From assembly GCA_002104905.1 (NCBI GenBank), contig MCFE01000358.1, forward strand, positions 23,647 to 87,646: 64,000 nt of DNA. Direction: 5' to 3'. The notes beneath the pieces were generated by a model that saw only the letters and a program-made list of their open reading frames with translations, made no database searches and was not told where the DNA came from. This document shows positions 61,579-64,000 of this stretch, piece by piece. The translations under genes were made by a program, and so were the position numbers. The DNA comes from Basidiobolus meristosporus CBS 931.73. Its lineage: Eukaryota; Fungi; Basidiobolomycota. Every line of letters begins with the position of its first letter. Position 1 is the first letter of the stretch.

Positions 61579-64000
61579 TGTTGTAAGAGTCTTGGAGATA
61601 TTGGAAGTGATTTGGAGGACAAGTAGATTATGTGGTTTTCACTTAATGATTTATTGAATGTAAAAGTAGTATTTATACTTTTACCAGGTCCTGGCATTAC
61701 AAACACCTAGAATAGGCTAAGGAAGGTCCCAAGAACATGTGTGCAAAGTTTGGGGCTGTTTGGACGACTTTGAAAATTTCCATGTTCTGGGCACCTGGTA
61801 TTTTGGTGAAAATATTCTGAGTAAATCCCAACAAGGAATTTGGTCAGTATTCTCTAGGATTTGAAAGTAATGATCTAAGTGACTAAGTTAGGTGAATATT
61901 TAGGTGGAATACAAATTTTTACAACACTCCCACTCAGCTAAATGTTCATACTGACTAGTCCTAATTCTGACCTAAGATATTCAAACTTGTCTCTAGCTAA
62001 TGGTTTGGTAAATATGTCTGCAATCATTTCATCTGTAGGACAGTAAACTAAGCTAACTAAGTTATTCTCTATAGCTTCACGTATGAAATGATGTCTAATA
62101 TCTATGTGCTTGGTTCTAGCATGAAAAGTTGGATTTCTACCTAATTGTGTACATCCTTGATTATCTTGAAATAAAGTAATAGGCATTTTTTGACATAGGC
62201 CTAAATCTGCAAAAAGCTTTCTTAACCACATTGCTTCTTTTGTAGCTTCACAGGCTGCCATGTACTCTGCCTCTGTGGTAGAAAGTACTACAGTTGGTTG
62301 CTTTCCTGAATTCCATGAAATCGCTCCTTTACAGTAAAGAAAGGTGTATCCTGTGGTGGATCTTCTGTCTTCCAAATTTTGTCCCCAATCACCATCAGAG
62401 TATCCCACAAGATCCTGTTCTGAGTCCTTATAAGTGTATTGTAAGCAGATATCAGCAGTACCTTTTAGGTATCTAAAAATCCACTTAACTGCTGCAATAT
62501 GATCAGATCTATAGTTCTGATTATGTTGGCTGACAACTCCCACTGAATATGAGATATCTGGACGTGTTCCAAGCATGATATACATCAGACTGCCTACCAT
62601 AGATTGATAAGGAAAGTCAGGGCTTTCTGATGGCACCAAGCTCTCTTGATTTGGTTGAGTTTTAACCAAGTTAAGGCTTGTCTCCATTGGGGTAGCTGCC
62701 AGTTTACAGTCTTCCATTTGATACTTCTTTAGTATATCTTGAATATACTTGGATTGGCTTAGGGTGATAGTCTGGGTACTTCTGTCTATGGAGAACTTAA
62801 TCCCTAAGTAGTAACTGAGTTCTCCTAGATTGGACATCTTGAACTCCTTAGATAGGCTGGATTTAGTCTCTTCCAATGTTTCTAGGTTATTGGCGGCTAT
62901 AATAAGATCATCCACATATAGAGCTAATAGAACTGGATTTGCTCTATCTGGCTTATAGTATATACTATAGTCAACATTACTTCTTTTGAAACTCAAGGAT
63001 TCCAAATAAGAATCTATCTTGCAATTCCAGGCTCTTGGTGATTGTATGAGACCATATAGTGACTTTTTAAGCTTGCAGACCAAATGGGGGTTATCTTGGT
63101 CAACAAACCCATTAGGCTGGTCCATATACATGTCCTCATCAAGTTCTCCATTCAAAAATGCAGTTTTTACATCCATTTGATGAATAAAAAACTACTATCT
63201 GGCTGCAATAGCCAATATCAATCTTATGGAATTAAACTTGGCTACCGGTGCAAAGGTCTCAGTATAGTCAAGTCCTTTTGTTTGAGAGCATCCTTTGGCC
63301 ACAAGTCTTGCTTTGTATCTTTCAATTGTACCATCAGCCTTGTATTTTGTCTTAAAGACCCATCTGCATCCAATTGATTTTTGGTTGATTGGTAATTTGA
63401 CTAAGTCCCAAGTTTGATTTTCCATCAGTGCCTGATATTCCTCAGTCATTGCAGATCTCCAAAACTTTGTCTGAGGGCTGTTTAGGGCCTCTTTTACAGT
63501 CTGGGGTTCATCAATATGGACTGAATAGGCATAGGCTAAGTTTGTACCCTCATTGATGTAGTAATTTGGGCAATTTCTTGTCTAATTGGATCTCCGTGCA
63601 TTTGATACTGAAATGATCACTTCTAGGATATTCCTGGGCACTGATTCTGGCTGAACCATGGTTGTAGAGTTCTCTGGAGTGAAAAAATTTTCATTGTTTT
63701 GCTTGGATTCAATCCTGACAATTGGTGGACTTGAGATCAAATTTTTGTCACCATCTGATGTAATTTTTGTGAAAATTTTGAATTTTTATCAAACAGCACC
63801 CCTGGAATTGATCAGCTTCTTTGCTTTGGTATTGTAGAGTCTGTATGCCTTACTCTCACTGCAGTAGCCCAAAAATATGCATTTTACACTTTTTGGCTCA
63901 AATTTGACTGATTTCCAGCCAGTTTTTTGGCATATGCTGTACACCCAAATATTCTTAGATGTTCTGCACTTGGTCTGTGTCCATACCATGCTTCAAATGA
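61579..64000 (-). mobile_element. Ty1/copia retrotransposon C (3' part; truncated by the window edge)
   Basis: 3' LTR 61579-61926, PPT, RT/RNase H ORF 63176-61938, in-frame TAG TAG just upstream, integrase C-terminus to the window end. Confidence 0.92.

Overview
Eukaryotic, almost certainly fungal, genomic DNA. The few short GT-AG introns, TATA boxes and C-ending codon bias fit an early-diverging fungus, but that assignment is inference only. The window has four parts. (1) 0.4-25.7 kb: a head-to-tail array of intronless UNC-93-like/DUF895 MFS transporter genes that resemble the Ngt1/NOPE1 GlcNAc-transporter clade. It holds ten 436-aa 'type A' copies (six intact, four with single-base indels that look like consensus artefacts), one deleted pseudogene and one short relic. 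The coding sequences are nearly identical, while the spacers are mostly unrelated apart from short position-fixed motifs. (2) ~26.3-45.3 kb: a CpG-depleted nest of Ty1/copia retrotransposons, solo LTRs and a foldback/MITE family, ending in a full-length copia with a 5-bp TSD. (3) 47-54.5 kb: two 433-aa 'type B' transporter copies, then RPS14, a pterin-4a-carbinolamine dehydratase gene and RPS8. (4) 55-64 kb: a second copia nest with a full-length element carrying a solo LTR, and a minus-strand element cut by the window edge. No rRNA, tRNA or CRISPR array was seen. The most notable system is the 12-copy transporter amplification: essentially one protein under many different promoters, apparently homogenised by gene conversion.
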